Assembly: GCA_020440645.1 (NCBI GenBank)
Contig: JAGRNR010000009.1
Span: 5,092 to 69,091, forward strand
Length of the DNA: 64,000 nt
Direction: 5' to 3'
From: a bacterium
GTDB taxonomy: Bacteria; 4484-113; JAFGCY01
The translations under genes and the position numbers were made by a program. How positions within the stretch are numbered: the stretch's first letter is position 1; each line of letters starts with the position of its first letter. This document shows positions 62,949-64,000 of this stretch, one piece after another. Below the pieces are notes generated by a model, which was given only the letters and a program-made list of their open reading frames with translations, searched no databases and was not told where the DNA came from.

Positions 62949-63620
62949 TCAGGGACGCGGCTTGTCAACCGGCTGTCCACGGTCCGGGCCGGGATCGGCC
63001 TTCTGCTCGCGCGCTTCTGCTGCCGCAGTGGCCGCCATTTCCGCCTTGCCCAGCGGCTCAAGCGGCACTTTCGGGCTGTCAATCGTCAGACCGGTGCGCG
63101 CCTCGAAGGAAGCTTCATCCAGCCAGCGCAGCTGCCAGTCCACGGCGCCATTGAACTCCGGGGGCAGCGCCGGCGGGCCGCCGACGAACAGGATGCTCGT
63201 GATGCGGTCCTCGCTGCGCAGCGAGGCGTGGAAATCCTCCGGGCTTTCCTGCCCGGCGATATGCAGGCTGCCCTCCAGCTTGAGGCGCTCGCCGATATGC
63301 GTCATCTGCAGGAACAGGTTGCCATGCCCGGTCTGCTTCGCATTGGTGTGCACGATCCAGCCGCGGGACTCGAAGCCGTCCGTCGGGTCCATCGGCACGC
63401 TGACCAGGTGCCTGCCGTCCACATGCGGCAGGAGCAGGCCGAAGCCGGTGGTCATCTCACTGTCGTCGACGTATTCCTCGACGATGAACAGCTGGCTGCC
63501 GACCAGCTTGCCGTCCTCATCGAGGCCGGCCAGCTCGAAGTAGCCCTGCTCGGGGTACTCGCAGGAACACAGCCCGCACAGCAGCATCAGAATCGCAGTT
63601 GAAAGGATGAAAGCCCGCAC
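62949..63620 (-). CDS. Hypothetical lipoprotein (223 aa)
   Basis: Signal peptide plus lipobox MRAFILSTAILMLLCGLCSC. Pro/Ala-rich basic C-terminus. Confidence 0.55.
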   Translation of the reverse strand: MRAFILSTAILMLLCGLCSCEYPEQGYFELAGLDEDGKLVGSQLFIVEEYVDDSEMTTGFGLLLPHVDGRHLVSVPMDPTDGFESRGWIVHTNAKQTGHGNLFLQMTHIGERLKLEGSLHIAGQESPEDFHASLRSEDRITSILFVGGPPALPPEFNGAVDWQLRWLDEASFEARTGLTIDSPKVPLEPLGKAEMAATAAAEAREQKADPGPDRGQPVDKPRP

Positions 63621-63673
63621 AGCGCGATTGTAACTCAGCGCCGACGGGCTTTCGGTTTTCGGTCAGTTTTTGC

Positions 63674-64000
63674 CTAGTTGTCGATCACCTTGCGTACATG
63701 CTCGACCCAGTACTTGGTGGGCAGGATGTCGCCGGTGTCCTCCAGGGCATACAGGTCAATCTTCAGCAGGTCGCCGGCGAGGATGTCATCCGGGTTGAGC
63801 TTGCCTTCGGTGTCATTGATCTTGTCCCGGAACTCAAAGGGCGTGAACTCGGTGAAGTAGACCACCACGTCATTGGGCAGCGGCTTCTCGGTCTCACCGA
63901 CTTCCACAATCGCATTCGTGAGGAAGATCAGGCCGTTTTGGCTGTCGAAACCGGTCACCGTACCCTCGATCTCGATCTCGGGGCGGCTTTCGTAGGCATC
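63674..64000 (-). CDS. Hypothetical acidic protein, partial (the reading frame continues past the window end)
   Basis: ORF 63674..63958 begins at an internal GTG. The same frame stays open to position 64000 (..DAYESRPEIEIEGTVTGFDSQNGLIF..), so the true start lies outside the window. Confidence 0.5.
   Translation of the reverse strand, partial: DAYESRPEIEIEGTVTGFDSQNGLIFLTNAIVEVGETEKPLPNDVVVYFTEFTPFEFRDKINDTEGKLNPDDILAGDLLKIDLYALEDTGDILPTKYWVEHVRKVIDN

Noticed and set aside
1-64000. Searched for CRISPR arrays, IS elements/transposases, integrases, and tRNA or rRNA genes
   Set aside because: No direct-repeat/spacer periodicity, no transposase or integrase-like translation, and no recognisable tRNA cloverleaf or rRNA segments were found by eye. 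Small RNA genes cannot be fully excluded without covariance-model scanning (tRNAscan-SE, Infernal).

Overview
High-GC (roughly 65% by eye) bacterial chromosomal segment, densely coding on both strands. About 50 protein-coding genes are supportable; no rRNA, tRNA, CRISPR array or transposase was recognised. The six-frame track is full of long antisense ORFs that are artefacts of the high GC content, so genes were called from protein-like composition and motifs, not ORF length. Several real starts lie at internal Met, GTG or TTG codons inside the listed ORFs. Four clusters stand out. (1) A complex I-like operon, nuoC-nuoD-nuoH-two unknown membrane proteins-nuoJ-nuoK-nuoL-nuoM, with nuoA-nuoB encoded separately. 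It has no N-module (nuoEFG), no nuoI and no second nuoM/N copy. Its NuoB has lost all four cysteines that ligate the N2 Fe-S cluster. Its NuoD appears to have lost the quinone-ligand His and Tyr. NuoH and NuoJ carry long extra transmembrane extensions. This looks like a redox-dead derivative of complex I with new subunits and is the most likely undescribed system in the window. (2) A tandem array of four paralogous lipoproteins (novel N-terminal domain, then PKD-like and pre-peptidase C-terminal-like domains). One copy is interrupted by a single in-frame TAA at a conserved Tyr codon. Nearby are a 1232-aa S8 subtilisin, an M28 peptidase with a PDZ domain, a propeller protein and two very large ankyrin-repeat secreted proteins. 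(3) A PNAG/cellulose-like exopolysaccharide locus: GT2 synthase with a QxxRW motif, CE4 deacetylase, HEAT-repeat protein, REC-only regulator, unknown partner proteins and a divergently transcribed large glycoside-hydrolase-like protein. (4) A motA-motB-small ORF-fliL flagellar stator cluster. Other genes: two tandem MacB/FtsX permeases with no ATPase, MscS, deoC, plsY, a PP2C phosphatase, an NHL-repeat lipoprotein and a hybrid histidine kinase.
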